Source: a virus
Virus record (IMG/VR): IMGVR_UViG_3300012206_000007
Location: 4,724 to 68,723 of that record
Direction: 5' to 3' (one strand)
DNA length: 64,000 nucleotides
The notes beneath the pieces are model-generated. The model saw only the letters and a program-made list of their open reading frames with translations, made no database searches and was not told the origin of the DNA. Shown here in pieces: positions 1 to 9,933 of this stretch. The stretch's first letter is position 1; the number at the start of each line of letters is the position of its first letter. The position numbers and the translations under genes are program-made.

Positions 1-3000
1 CGACCGTCACAGACTTCGTTTGACCGAAGGTGTCGACTTCAAAGAGGAACGCCTTGAACCACTTATCCGCTAGCGTGCCCTGGGAGCTGAAGGTGGCATT
101 GAAGTTCGCCTGCTCGGACGGTTCAGGCGTCAACTGCCAGCGGTGCGCGTAGAGCAGCCCTGGATTCTCATCGATGGCCTCGAAGTGGTAGACGTGCCCG
201 CGCCCCCACGGCAGCGTGAGGTGCACCACCTGCCGCGCCGTCGTCGTGATGGGCCAGTAGGTCAGCCCGCCCGCCAAGTCGTTCGTCAGGAAGACGCCAT
301 CGACCGACACCCGAATGCGCTTCTCCACCCCGAACGTATTCACGTGCAGGTCGAGCCCCGTGTGGTAGTTGTCCCAGCCGTTCTCGAAGCCGGCGTCCCA
401 CCGGGCGATGCGCGGCGGCTCCGGCGTGAAGATCCAGTCAGCCCGGTAGAGGATCCAGAAGAGGCACGCATCCGACGACGGGTGGACGCGCACTTGATTC
501 GCCGCGACCGACGGCCACGAGAACTTCAGCTTGTGCCGCCCGTTGGCGTTCACAGTCAGCGTCGTGACGGTAGACTTCACGCCCGCGAGGTCCGCCTCGA
601 TGAGGACCGTCTTGTCGACGCCCCCGGTGTCGCAGTCGAAGGTCACACCCGACAGCCAGACCTCGTCGGGCGCGCCAAGGTCATCCCAGTTGGTGACGCG
701 CCGCGTCGTGATGTCCGGCTGGAGGGTAATCGCGTAGCCGAACTGGTAGAGGACGGGGCGGGCAGTGGCACTCGACCACGAGACCTCGGTCGAAATCGAA
801 TGCGCCAACTGCGGGGAGTCGCCAAAGGCGTCCAGCAGGTAGCGGTTGCGGCCTGCACCTGCCGTCAGCGTCTGCGCGAGGTTGGTGACGGTTTCCTCGT
901 TCAGGAAGTGTTGCACGCTGAGGTCCACACCTTGACGGTCGGCGTCGAGGAAGGCGTCGCCGAGGAGCTTTTCCTCGCGCGTGCCACCGGAGAACGCGCC
1001 GGTGCGGAGGGTGCACGGGATGGCGAGGTCGCCATCGCTCAGGCCGTCATGCGTGTAGGTCGTGCCGGTTTGCCCGCCCAAGAGGAGCGTCGCTTCGTCC
1101 TCGCCTTGCAGCCCCGCGAGTGGCTGGCCAAACGCGTAGTGCGCCCAGAACTTCTGCAGCAGGTGGTAGACGAGCACCTGCGTGGCACCTCCCGTATCCT
1201 GGTAGGCGAAGTAGACGCGGTTGGCGTGAATGGTGACGGCGGCACGCTGCGTCGTGTCGATCGGCAACAGACCCCGCAGGCTCTTGCCCTCGTAGAGGGG
1301 TTGGATGTCCCGCCCGATCCATTCCTCCGGCCCGCCGGTGGTGCGGAAGAAGCCGTCCTCGGCGGAGAAGTAGATGCCGCCAGGCCCCACGGCAAAGGCC
1401 CAGCGGCTGTGCGAGAGGCCGCGCTTGCAGAGCGTCGGCGCGGTCGTCACGCCAGAGCCACCAGCCAAGTTCGGGTAGACCGCATAAAGCCGCTCCCGGC
1501 TGAAGACGAACGCTTGATGCCCGAGGAGGCCCCCGTGCTGCAAGGCTTCCGAGGGGGGGCACACTTCCGTGTTGCCTGACGCCGACCAGTGGTCCGGCGA
1601 GTTCGCGAGCGAAAAGTAGAGATGCCCCGGCCGGTAGGGATCGCCGCATGCGAAGAGCATCCCTTCCAGCGGCCCCCAGAGCGCGGGCACCGGCTGCGCC
1701 AAGACGGTCGCACCGGCGTCATTGACCGTGGGCACCGGCTGGAAGTGGTCGGTCGGGAGCATGCCCGCAGCGGAAATCGCATCGTCGGTCAGCGTGTCGG
1801 TGAAGGCGCCACCATCCGCCGTGTTGACGCCCTCGAAGAACCAATCGTCGACCAGCGAGCCCCCCCGCCGATAGATGCGCTGGCGCACGGCGCTGTCACC
1901 AGAGGCTGGGGGCGTGACGACAATCGCGCGGCGCACGCTGTCGAGCGCGAGCGTCGTGGCCTGCTCGGGTGAGCCATTGCTCTCCACGCCCGTGCGCGGG
2001 TCGTAGTGCGTCACGCGGTAGTCATACTTCTGGGCGCCGGGCTCCACGGTGTCGGGACCAAAGCCACCCGTGAGGTAGATGTCGCCGAGGCCGAAGGCGA
2101 CCGGCCCAAAGCCGTTGAGGGGATCCGCGTCGGCGGACACGTAGACGATCAGGCCGGTAATGGTCGCCCAGTTCGCCGTCGCGAGTTTCCCGATGCGGTG
2201 GAAATCGCCCCGACGCAACGGCAAGCCCACCGTGCCGAGCTCGAACCATTCGTGTGCCCCAGAGGCCAGCTGCTCGGCGAGAAACGTCGTCGGATTGGCG
2301 AGCGTGTCCCGGAGGCCGCGGTGCGTCAGATCGTAATCGCGCAACGCGGCGATGCGGGCCTCCTCGGAGGCGGCCGTCTGCGTCTGCGACGATTGGATGA
2401 ACCCCCCGAAATCCGCACGCCGGAAGCTCTTCACATAGGCCTGGTCGTTGCCCCCCGGTGCCACGGGGGGATCGGGCTCGGCGTCAAGCTGGAGGTTCCG
2501 ATTCGTCCCCGGCAGGATGGACGGGTCAAACACCGACGAGACCACGACGTAGATCCGCAGCTCCCGAATGAGTTGCGGGTGCGAGGTCTTCAGCCAGAGG
2601 TGGAAGAGGTCGTCATCGCTCGCGGGAATGTCCCCCGGCGCACCCGTGGTCGGCGAGAGCGTCGTGAGATCGCCGGTCAGCGGGATCCCAATCCACGCAT
2701 CGACATAGTCCGAGGGCCCCAAGCCAAAGCCCGTGAACTGCGGATGGATGACCGTGTAGATGTCGGGCAGGCCCCCTGGGATGCTCGCATCATCGATGGT
2801 GTCCGGGGCGGCGGCCGAGTCCCGATCGTTGGAGGTGATCATCACCCAGTTTGCCGCCTGTGTGCCGTCGCTGCTGCTGCAGGTGGCGAGGCGGCGGCGA
2901 TACTCGCGGTCGAGCGCGGTGGTCGGCGCCGCCCCCGGCGCGGGGAGACCGATGGGGAGCACGAGCCCATCGGCGCGCACCTTCCGCATCCGGCTGCGAT

Positions 3001-3412
3001 CGGCGACGAACATCCACGGGTCGCCCGAGAGCGGTGGGCGATGCGGCACCAAGGTGAGCGGGTCGCCCGAGTAGCCTGCGTCAATGGCCGTGAGCGCGCC
3101 CGAGGCGCCGATGCGCAGACTGCCATCGGTGCCCCAGAGGCGCGTATCAATGCCGGTCTGTGGGTCGGTCAGCTTGCGCACCGAATGGTGCGATGTGCCG
3201 CCCGTAGCAAAGGCGGTCTGGCCGGGACGGGCGGTGACTTCGCCGGTGTTGTCGTGATCGAGATTGGTGTGGACGCTCCAGCCCTCGAGGGCGTCGAGGC
3301 TGTCCTTGAGGTTGAGGCCGTTGACGCCGCAGCGGACGAGATGCGACTGAAACGGGGCCTGGAACGGTGCGGAGGTGACCGTCTCGCCGCGCCGCGAAAG
3401 GGGATCAGGCAT
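1..3412 (-). CDS. Large tail nozzle/tail tubular B-like virion protein (partial, runs off left edge)
   Basis: Not in the ORF track. Read manually from ATG at 3412, which overlaps the upstream TGA: MPDPLSRRGETVTSAPFQ..., open to base 1. It has podovirus nozzle-like beta-rich segments (HLYFSLANSPDHW, GIYFSAEDGFF, VLVYHLLQKFWAHY) and lies downstream of adaptor genes. Confidence 0.7.
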   Translation of the reverse strand, partial: MPDPLSRRGETVTSAPFQAPFQSHLVRCGVNGLNLKDSLDALEGWSVHTNLDHDNTGEVTARPGQTAFATGGTSHHSVRKLTDPQTGIDTRLWGTDGSLRIGASGALTAIDAGYSGDPLTLVPHRPPLSGDPWMFVADRSRMRKVRADGLVLPIGLPAPGAAPTTALDREYRRRLATCSSSDGTQAANWVMITSNDRDSAAAPDTIDDASIPGGLPDIYTVIHPQFTGFGLGPSDYVDAWIGIPLTGDLTTLSPTTGAPGDIPASDDDLFHLWLKTSHPQLIRELRIYVVVSSVFDPSILPGTNRNLQLDAEPDPPVAPGGNDQAYVKSFRRADFGGFIQSSQTQTAASEEARIAALRDYDLTHRGLRDTLANPTTFLAEQLASGAHEWFELGTVGLPLRRGDFHRIGKLATANWATITGLIVYVSADADPLNGFGPVAFGLGDIYLTGGFGPDTVEPGAQKYDYRVTHYDPRTGVESNGSPEQATTLALDSVRRAIVVTPPASGDSAVRQRIYRRGGSLVDDWFFEGVNTADGGAFTDTLTDDAISAAGMLPTDHFQPVPTVNDAGATVLAQPVPALWGPLEGMLFACGDPYRPGHLYFSLANSPDHWSASGNTEVCPPSEALQHGGLLGHQAFVFSRERLYAVYPNLAGGSGVTTAPTLCKRGLSHSRWAFAVGPGGIYFSAEDGFFRTTGGPEEWIGRDIQPLYEGKSLRGLLPIDTTQRAAVTIHANRVYFAYQDTGGATQVLVYHLLQKFWAHYAFGQPLAGLQGEDEATLLLGGQTGTTYTHDGLSDGDLAIPCTLRTGAFSGGTREEKLLGDAFLDADRQGVDLSVQHFLNEETVTNLAQTLTAGAGRNRYLLDAFGDSPQLAHSISTEVSWSSATARPVLYQFGYAITLQPDITTRRVTNWDDLGAPDEVWLSGVTFDCDTGGVDKTVLIEADLAGVKSTVTTLTVNANGRHKLKFSWPSVAANQVRVHPSSDACLFWILYRADWIFTPEPPRIARWDAGFENGWDNYHTGLDLHVNTFGVEKRIRVSVDGVFLTNDLAGGLTYWPITTTARQVVHLTLPWGRGHVYHFEAIDENPGLLYAHRWQLTPEPSEQANFNATFSSQGTLADKWFKAFLFEVDTFGQTKSVTV

Positions 3413-3617
3413 CAGGCGCCTTGTCTGGGAGGAGGTGGCCAAGGTCTTTCGTGCGGAACACCTGCTGGCGACACGTCCGGCACCGGTATGTCACCTGCCA
3501 GATGTCGCGCGTCACCCGCCGACCGCGAATCCGCTGCCACTCCATGAGGAGCGGCGTGCCACAGCAGGGGCAGGGCACGGGACGACTACTCGACAGTGGG
3601 CGACGCACGTCAGGCAT
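3405..3617 (-). CDS. Small Cys-rich (Zn-finger-like) protein
   Basis: MPDVRRP...CPCCG...CRTC; start and stop overlap both neighbours. Confidence 0.55.
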   Translation of the reverse strand: MPDVRRPLSSSRPVPCPCCGTPLLMEWQRIRGRRVTRDIWQVTYRCRTCRQQVFRTKDLGHLLPDKAPDA

Positions 3618-3807
3618 CGCCGTGCTCGTCCTGCAGGTGGTCGGCGAAGCACGGCAGGCAGAACCACGCCTCGCAGTCGAGGCAGGCGTGCCCTGCCGCA
3701 CGCGGGACCCACCCCTCGCACCCGTCGCATTGGCGCATCGGGTCGTCGCTATCGCCTAGCGCGTCGAGGTCCGGGTCGATGTCGTGGCCGTTGGGGTCGT
3801 CCGTCAT
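3610..3807 (-). CDS. Small acidic Zn-finger (B-box-like) protein
   Basis: MTDDPNG...CDGC...CLDC...CLPC..DH; TGATG coupling with the upstream gene. Confidence 0.55.
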   Translation of the reverse strand: MTDDPNGHDIDPDLDALGDSDDPMRQCDGCEGWVPRAAGHACLDCEAWFCLPCFADHLQDEHGDA

Positions 3808-4436
3808 CACGCGAAGCCTTTCAGCAGCAGGTTCGCTGCGAGTTGCGTCAGTTGGGCGCGCTGCTCGCAGTAGGTCGAGCGCTCCGGGTCCTGGAGGCGC
3901 CCCACTTTCGAGAGGAGCCAGCCGAGGGCGTCGTACTTGACGCCACTGGCGAACTCGTCGGACACCGGCAAGGTCAAGGCCGCACCCGTCATCGAGGTCG
4001 GGCGGGCGATATAGAGCAACTCGATGGTGCCATTCGCCAGGGGCGTCGGGACCAAGCGGAGGGTCAGCGTGGAGGCGTCGAGCGCGGCGTAGCCGAGTGG
4101 CGTGCCACCCGTCACTTCCCACGACGGCAGGCCAAGGTCGGCCTCGAAGCTATCGACCGGCGAGAGCGGTGTCCGCACGCCCGCGAGGCTGCGCCAGACG
4201 AGGTGCGCGGTGGCGAGGTGGTCGGTCGGCAGGGCGACGGAAGTCGCCGCCGCGAGGACGGCGAGTTCGGTGCGCGTTACCACGAGGTGGGTGGCGCGGA
4301 GGAGCTCGCGTAGCCCCCCGTTGACGCCGTCGAGGACTTCCTCGCGCGTCCAGACCTCGGAGGGCCACGACGCGCCGCCATCGGGCGGCTCCAGCAGCGC
4401 GAACTGCAGCTCCTCCAGCAACGCCTGGTCGGTCAC
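3807..4436 (-). CDS. Head-tail adaptor / tail ring protein
   Basis: N-terminal helix WTREEVLDGVNGGLRELL, then VALP.D, LRLVPTP...LLY and a C-terminal helix; pattern typical of podoviral adaptors. Confidence 0.65.
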   Translation of the reverse strand: MTDQALLEELQFALLEPPDGGASWPSEVWTREEVLDGVNGGLRELLRATHLVVTRTELAVLAAATSVALPTDHLATAHLVWRSLAGVRTPLSPVDSFEADLGLPSWEVTGGTPLGYAALDASTLTLRLVPTPLANGTIELLYIARPTSMTGAALTLPVSDEFASGVKYDALGWLLSKVGRLQDPERSTYCEQRAQLTQLAANLLLKGFA

Positions 4437-5191
4437 GGGCCGCCTCCACCGCCTTGGCCAAAGGACGCCGCCACCGCCGTGAGTTGGTTCGGCGCCCCCT
4501 GTGACGGTTGCAGGTCACGGCGCCGGTCGAGCCCTGCCCACTTGCGGAACTTCTGATTCGTCTTGAGCAGGCCATTCTCGTCGGCCGCCGCTTGGAGGAA
4601 GGTCTGGAAGGCGGGCAAGGTGGCGCGCCAGCGCGGCCCCGCCTCCTTGAAGGCGAGGATGTGAATCGCTTGGTCGGTGAGGAGGTCGACGATTTCCTCG
4701 CCGCAGTCGATGGTGTCGCCATCCTCGACGAGCACCGGCGTGTTGGAGACGCCATCGACGAGCAGGTAGTTGGCGACAGCCGCAGCAGTGGCAGGCCAGA
4801 TAGAAATCGTTTGCAGCGAGAGTGGCGCCCACAGGGTGGGGACGGTCGGAACCGCCCCACCTGAGGCGGTCGTTTCCGACCGCCACGTGGGACGCCCAAG
4901 GTCCAGCTCGAGGTGCGAGGTCGGAACGAGCGGCTGTCCGGTCGAGAGCGCCACGCGCATCCCGTAGGTGAGGGTCGCACCCAGCGCGTACTCGACGACG
5001 GGCACGCCCGCGATGGGCGCGAGCGTCGAGAGCGTCAGGCGGCGGCGCCATGTGCCGGTGAGGAGGTTCCAGTCGCGCAGGGCTTCGTTGAGGGCGAGGC
5101 GTGCCTCGGTGGACGTATAGAAGAGGGAGTGATCCGCGCGCTGGTCGACCGAGGCCACCAAGTCGGCGAGCGTCAGAACCGTAAACGGCAT
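4433..5191 (-). CDS. Head-tail adaptor / tail ring protein (paralogue)
   Basis: EARLALNEALRDWNLLTG, EYAL, ISIWPA; same layout as the neighbouring adaptor. Confidence 0.6.
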   Translation of the reverse strand: MPFTVLTLADLVASVDQRADHSLFYTSTEARLALNEALRDWNLLTGTWRRRLTLSTLAPIAGVPVVEYALGATLTYGMRVALSTGQPLVPTSHLELDLGRPTWRSETTASGGAVPTVPTLWAPLSLQTISIWPATAAAVANYLLVDGVSNTPVLVEDGDTIDCGEEIVDLLTDQAIHILAFKEAGPRWRATLPAFQTFLQAAADENGLLKTNQKFRKWAGLDRRRDLQPSQGAPNQLTAVAASFGQGGGGGP

Positions 5192-5203
5192 CCTGCCGCC
5201 ATT

Positions 5204-6595
5204 CTACGGGAAGACGGGCGCCGCCCCCGTCGAGGGCAGGCTCGACGGCGATGACGGCGTCGGCACAGGGCACGCGCCCAGCAGCGGCGTCACTGGCGCC
5301 TCATCCTGCGTCAGCAGAAAGAACGGGCACGAAATCGAGCAGCCAAAGCGGGCGAGTGGCGTCAGTGGGTCCGGGTCGAAGTAGCCACCGTCCTCATACT
5401 CGGCGTGGGTGACTTCAGCGACGAGTACCCCGTCGCTGACGCGGAGGCACTGGAAGACGGAGCGCAGACACGCATCATCCGCACCGGGCGGGTGGATCCA
5501 CGCCCAGAAGGTCGTCGAGTCCAGCCCGTAGGCGATGTGTCCCCAGCCCGACAGTCGGGAGGAGTGACCGAGCGTGTAGGTGCGCAGCACCGTGCCACTC
5601 GGGTCGTAGTGCCGCACGAAGAAGGCGTGTGGCGCGACATCGTTGTCGAAGTAGGCGGCGAGAATCGTGTCGTCATCGAGGACGAGGAGGTCGTCGACGG
5701 TGTAGATGCCTGCCACCGGCGGGGCGAGGGCCGCGAGTGGGGCATCCGTCAGCAGGCTCCAGCGGCTGATGGAGCTGTCGCCAGCCGCGTTGCCGTAGAG
5801 GAGGGTCTCAGCCGCATTCGCCGCCAGCGCCGCTCCCGAGGTGATGGCGTGGGTGGCGGTGATGACCCCCAGCGCGGAGACGACCGAGACCGTCCCGCCG
5901 CTAGCGACGTAGAAGTTGTTCGCCGCACGATTCGACCGGATCCCGCCCGCCGCCAACGCCGGGGTCGCAATGGCCGTGAACGTCTTGTCGAAGCAGTACA
6001 CCGTCTGGTCGAAGGCGTTATCGGCGAGGAGCATCGTGCCATCGGGCAGGATGTCACCCACCTCACCGGCCGGAAAGCCGTACCCGGGCGAATGCGTGAG
6101 GACATCGGGGCCAAACCCCGAGACGAAGCGCCGCACCTGATAGTCGGTCGTTGGCGACAGGATGACAGCCGGGAACCAGCGCGCGTCGTCGATGACGCAG
6201 AGGTCGCCACGCCGTGCCGCGTCGATCGGCGCCCGTCGCACATCGAGCGTCAGGACAGCGGGCGTCGCCGCCGGATCCAGCGCCACCAGCTTGAAGTAGT
6301 AGGCGTCAAAGACGCCCACTTCGACGGGAAACTGCACCGGCCGGTTGGTCGCCGTGAGGGCCTGCGGAATCGCCGTGCCAAAGGCGTCCTGGTAGACCTC
6401 CAGCCGGGGCGTGTAGAGGACGGCATCGCCTGAGGCGAACGCGCCGAGCACGAGGTCGCTGGCCACCGGCGTGTACTTGTACCAGACCGTGTAGGCAGTG
6501 GCGGTGCCGACGTCGTAGACGTCCTGCACCACATGGGCGGGCAGGGGGCCGAGGTCAATCGCAGTGGCGGCGTCGAGGTTGGTGGGAATCGCCAC
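5204..6595 (-). CDS. Beta-propeller-containing virion protein (possible receptor-binding spike)
   Basis: 463 aa with propeller-like repeats (LPDGTMLLAD, NNFYVAS, VRHYDPSGTVLRTY), located in the tail region. Confidence 0.5.
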   Translation of the reverse strand: MAIPTNLDAATAIDLGPLPAHVVQDVYDVGTATAYTVWYKYTPVASDLVLGAFASGDAVLYTPRLEVYQDAFGTAIPQALTATNRPVQFPVEVGVFDAYYFKLVALDPAATPAVLTLDVRRAPIDAARRGDLCVIDDARWFPAVILSPTTDYQVRRFVSGFGPDVLTHSPGYGFPAGEVGDILPDGTMLLADNAFDQTVYCFDKTFTAIATPALAAGGIRSNRAANNFYVASGGTVSVVSALGVITATHAITSGAALAANAAETLLYGNAAGDSSISRWSLLTDAPLAALAPPVAGIYTVDDLLVLDDDTILAAYFDNDVAPHAFFVRHYDPSGTVLRTYTLGHSSRLSGWGHIAYGLDSTTFWAWIHPPGADDACLRSVFQCLRVSDGVLVAEVTHAEYEDGGYFDPDPLTPLARFGCSISCPFFLLTQDEAPVTPLLGACPVPTPSSPSSLPSTGAAPVFP

Positions 6596-6717
6596 CTAGG
6601 AGTGCCCCACCATCGACGGCCTATGACCTCCGAGGCCGGGGTAGCCTCGGTTCCCAGCGGCCACGGCGCGTGAGTAGCGGGGCCTCGCCAGTATAGCCGA
6701 AGGCTGGTGCATCAAAC

Positions 6718-7089
6718 TCAGCTCACGCGGTGCAGGTTCCGCACCACGAGGATGACTTCGTGCTTCCCCGCGCCGGCAGGCCACGTCCACTCGAACAGCG
6801 CGATGTGCCGCTCAAACGGCAGCGCCTCCACCAGCGTCGTGTCGCCCACTTGGATCGTCCACGTCAGGAGGCCACCAGCGGAGACCGTGACGTTGTTCGC
6901 GTTGAGGACGTTCTGCACGTTCCGGCTGTTGACGATGCCGTCGGTGCCGTCGGCCTTGATGACGTAGAGCGTCAGGACGAGCGTCGAGAGGGTGCCCGCC
7001 GGGAGGGGCGTGACGCCGTCGTTCGCGACGAGTGTCGCCGTGTATTGGCCGGTGGCTTTCTCGTCAATGTCGAACGTCTGCGGCAGCAT
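6718..7089 (-). CDS. BppU-N-like fibre-anchoring/adaptor domain protein
   Basis: 123 aa beta-sandwich pattern (YTATLV..DG, GLLTWTIQVGDT, ALFEWTW). Confidence 0.5.
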   Translation of the reverse strand: MLPQTFDIDEKATGQYTATLVANDGVTPLPAGTLSTLVLTLYVIKADGTDGIVNSRNVQNVLNANNVTVSAGGLLTWTIQVGDTTLVEALPFERHIALFEWTWPAGAGKHEVILVVRNLHRVS

Positions 7090-7655
7090 CAGCAGAGGGC
7101 CTCATCGACGAGAGTCGAGGACGCGAAGGCTTCAGCCGTGAGGTCGGAGGCCGTGACCGCCTCGCTTGACAGGTCGGTGGTCGTCACCGCATCGTCCACC
7201 AACTCGGTGCAGTAGACGCCGAGCGCGATGAGCGCGGGCGGCGTGACGTAGACCGCCTCGGTCGGACGCAGGCGGCGGCGCATCAGGCGGTCGAGCAGGG
7301 TGGGGGTCCACCCGAGCGCCTGCGCCACCACCACCTGCACCGACGGCGGCGGGTCGAAGGTCTCGCCCCCCAGACGACCCCGCGCGAGGCGGCGCAGGGG
7401 TAGGCGCGGACGCAGGACAGGTAGCCACGTCGCAGGCCGCACACCATCCATGAAGGGGCCGACCCACTCGCGCACATTGAGTTGGCGTCGGCGACGAGGC
7501 GCAGCAGGCTGCGCCGCGAGGAAGGTCAGGCTCATGAGGACATCGGGGACGGCGATAGAGGCTGCGGAGGACGGCGCGACGGTGTCCGCCTTCGACCGCA
7601 GGCGGCAGCGCGGCGGCTGGAGCGGATCAATCGGGAGCCAGTCGAGCGCCATCAC
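7089..7655 (-). CDS. Hypothetical protein
   Basis: Coupled ORF in the late operon. Confidence 0.5.
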   Translation of the reverse strand: MMALDWLPIDPLQPPRCRLRSKADTVAPSSAASIAVPDVLMSLTFLAAQPAAPRRRRQLNVREWVGPFMDGVRPATWLPVLRPRLPLRRLARGRLGGETFDPPPSVQVVVAQALGWTPTLLDRLMRRRLRPTEAVYVTPPALIALGVYCTELVDDAVTTTDLSSEAVTASDLTAEAFASSTLVDEALC

Positions 7656-7784
7656 TCACCAGCCGAAGCGCACCCAGAGGAGCAGCAGCCCGGCGATGAC
7701 TAGCGCAATGGCGAGGTCGCGCACGAGTGGCGGCTGTGGACTGGGATCGGGACGGGGCGTGGGCGGGGGGACAGCCGTGAGCAT
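7656..7784 (-). CDS. Small membrane protein
   Basis: MLTAVPPP...LAIALVIAGLLLLWVRFGW, single TM segment. Confidence 0.45.
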   Translation of the reverse strand: MLTAVPPPTPRPDPSPQPPLVRDLAIALVIAGLLLLWVRFGW

Positions 7785-7785
7785 A

Positions 7786-8091
7786 TCAGACGCCTGCCGA
7801 GCGACGCAACCGGTCCCGCGCTTCGCTTGCCTCCAAGGTCTTCTCCCACGGCAGACATCTGCCGAGGTCACAGCAGGGCAGGCAAATCGGCCGCATACAG
7901 ACGCGGCAGAACGCCCCCGCTTCTTCCTTCCATGTCCATGACTGGCGGTCGAAGGTCAGGTAGACCGTCGAGGCCGTACCCGGCTTCACGACGATGACGC
8001 GTTGACAGTGCCCGCAGGACACTGTGTCCCGCACGAAGGGCGACCCCTCGGCGTCGAGAATCGTGAAGCTGCCCGCGTGGTCGAGCCGCAC
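7786..8091 (-). CDS. Cys-rich hypothetical protein
   Basis: CGHC, FCRVCMRPICLPCC motifs. Confidence 0.6.
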   Translation of the reverse strand: MRLDHAGSFTILDAEGSPFVRDTVSCGHCQRVIVVKPGTASTVYLTFDRQSWTWKEEAGAFCRVCMRPICLPCCDLGRCLPWEKTLEASEARDRLRRSAGV

Positions 8092-8094
8092 GAC

Positions 8095-8541
8095 TCAACT
8101 TTCAAACACATGCACGGTGGCGGTGATCACGACGGCTGAAGACGTCGGCGTCTGAATGCCAATCCCGTTGGCGGCGGTGGCGGGTGTGATCAAGGCGCGC
8201 GTGTCATCCACCTCCCACCGGAAGGTCGCCCGCTGATTGAGCGGCACGTCCATCAGGACCTGATTGGCCGTGTAGGTCGGCTCAACCGTGTGGTTCTGGC
8301 CGCAGTCCTGCTCGGTGGCGGCATCGGCGGGGTTGAGCGGCTGGAGCGTCACGGCCGTCGAGGTCCCGGCCGCCGTGCACCGCTGGAGGACGTAGAGGAA
8401 CGGGTTGTCGGCAGCGGCAGCTTCCGAGCCGAGGACGATGAGGTACCAGCCCATGCGGCGCGGACGCGTGGCATCAGCGGTGATAGTGCCGAGGGAGGCG
8501 GCAGCGGAGGCGGTGCGTCGGAGTAGCGCCGCAAGATTCAT
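8095..8541 (-). CDS. Putative virion structural protein
   Basis: ATG at 8541 after a GAGGAG SD; Ala/Thr-rich beta protein. Confidence 0.55.
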   Translation of the reverse strand: MNLAALLRRTASAAASLGTITADATRPRRMGWYLIVLGSEAAAADNPFLYVLQRCTAAGTSTAVTLQPLNPADAATEQDCGQNHTVEPTYTANQVLMDVPLNQRATFRWEVDDTRALITPATAANGIGIQTPTSSAVVITATVHVFES

Positions 8542-8551
8542 CGTCTCCTCC

Positions 8552-9439
8552 TCAGAAAGCCGTGCACCCGCCGATGAGCGTATCGTTCGCCGTCCACGCA
8601 ATGGTGGATGTAATGCCGACCGACGCTGTCGTCGACGAGGTCTGCCGCGTGATGTCGAGGGGCGTCGTCTGGTCAATGAGCCAGCAGTTCCAGCCGGTGG
8701 TCGCGGTCGGCAGGTTGATGGTGCCCGTGGTGCCGGGAGCTGTGCCGCCTACGGTGATGCGGAAGGCGGCCGTCGTCGAGCCAGCGACGACCGCCGCAGC
8801 CGGGGATGAGCCGGCAAAGCTGGCAATCGTCGGCGCCGTCGCCGTCAGCGCAATCGCGCCGTTCAGTTGTAGCGAAGTCGTCGCGTTGACCGCTGGTGTA
8901 ATCACGGACGTGCCGATGTAGGCGGTGCGTGGGCGCGTGGCGCCGCTGGCTCCGATGTCGTAGGTGTTGTCGAGGCCGGCGACAAACATGCCGGTCCCAT
9001 CGACCTGCCAGCGCACGAGATTGTTCGTCGCCAAGGCAATCGGGACCGCCGATGTGCCCCCGATGAGGAACGTCCCGGCATTGACGGGACGCAGCCAGAT
9101 CAGATTGGCATACAGGGCCCCGGTCATGGGGCCCCCCACCATCCCGGAGGAATAGGCGTCGAGGACCACTTGCGCCGTATCGCTGCGCGCGATGAAGCCC
9201 GCCGAGGCAAGGTTCGCGCTGCTCGTATTAGCGATGTCGATGCGGGGCCCGCCAGGCGCCACCGAGGTGGAGGCTTTGAGGAAGTTCGTGTCGGGCACGG
9301 TGCCGATGCCGAGATTCCCCAGCGGCGCACGGAGGGCGCGCTGCACCTGCGCCGACAGTGGTCCCTGCCCACTGACCGAGACGGTCAGGAGTCCAAGGAG
9401 CAACACGCCAACCGGCGCCAACAGCCAGAGACGCCGCAT
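8552..9439 (-). CDS. Fibre-like protein with N-terminal signal peptide
   Basis: GNLGIGT and DNTYDIGASGATRPRTAYIGTS fibre-shaft motifs; leader MRRLWLLAPVGVLLLGLLTVSVSG-Q. Confidence 0.6.
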   Translation of the reverse strand: MRRLWLLAPVGVLLLGLLTVSVSGQGPLSAQVQRALRAPLGNLGIGTVPDTNFLKASTSVAPGGPRIDIANTSSANLASAGFIARSDTAQVVLDAYSSGMVGGPMTGALYANLIWLRPVNAGTFLIGGTSAVPIALATNNLVRWQVDGTGMFVAGLDNTYDIGASGATRPRTAYIGTSVITPAVNATTSLQLNGAIALTATAPTIASFAGSSPAAAVVAGSTTAAFRITVGGTAPGTTGTINLPTATTGWNCWLIDQTTPLDITRQTSSTTASVGITSTIAWTANDTLIGGCTAF

Positions 9440-9927
9440 CAGCTGCCTCCCATGGTCGGCTCCAGATGCGCTGTCAGCCGGAAATGCCCCCCGACGCCGT
9501 ACGCGGTCTTCGCCGATGCCGAGCGATTCACCAACCGCAGGTGGAGCTGCGGCACGTTGACCCCTGCCCCCGTATGCTGCGCGAGGTCGGTGTCGCGGTA
9601 CGGAATGTCCAGCCCATCGATGTAGTAGTACCAGAGGCTGCCAATTTGCACCGCGTCGGTTGTGGCGAAGCTCCAGCGTCCCCGGAAGGTGTCCTGGTTC
9701 GGGTCGACGTTCGGGCCGTCATGGCTCCCGAACACTTGGATCTCCCACGCGAGGTTGTCGCTGCTGACGAGCGCCATCGAGCGCAGGCGCGCAACGGTGA
9801 CGCCCCCGGCGCCAAGCGCCCCGCCGAGCGTGAGGTCCTCGGCAATGGCGGCGTTCTGCGCCAGCGACCCGGTGAAGTTGACCCCGTCGACCGAGACGAC
9901 GGGGAAGACATGCCCAGCCTGCGACAT
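9439..9927 (-). CDS. Putative virion structural protein
   Basis: 162 aa beta-rich ORF coupled to the fibre gene. Confidence 0.5.
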   Translation of the reverse strand: MSQAGHVFPVVSVDGVNFTGSLAQNAAIAEDLTLGGALGAGGVTVARLRSMALVSSDNLAWEIQVFGSHDGPNVDPNQDTFRGRWSFATTDAVQIGSLWYYYIDGLDIPYRDTDLAQHTGAGVNVPQLHLRLVNRSASAKTAYGVGGHFRLTAHLEPTMGGS

Positions 9928-9933
9928 CGCCGG

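Noticed and set aside
143-3547. Long plus-strand ORFs (143-1579, 2006-3547)
   Set aside because: Antisense shadows of the minus-strand nozzle gene in high-GC DNA; Arg-rich with no motifs.
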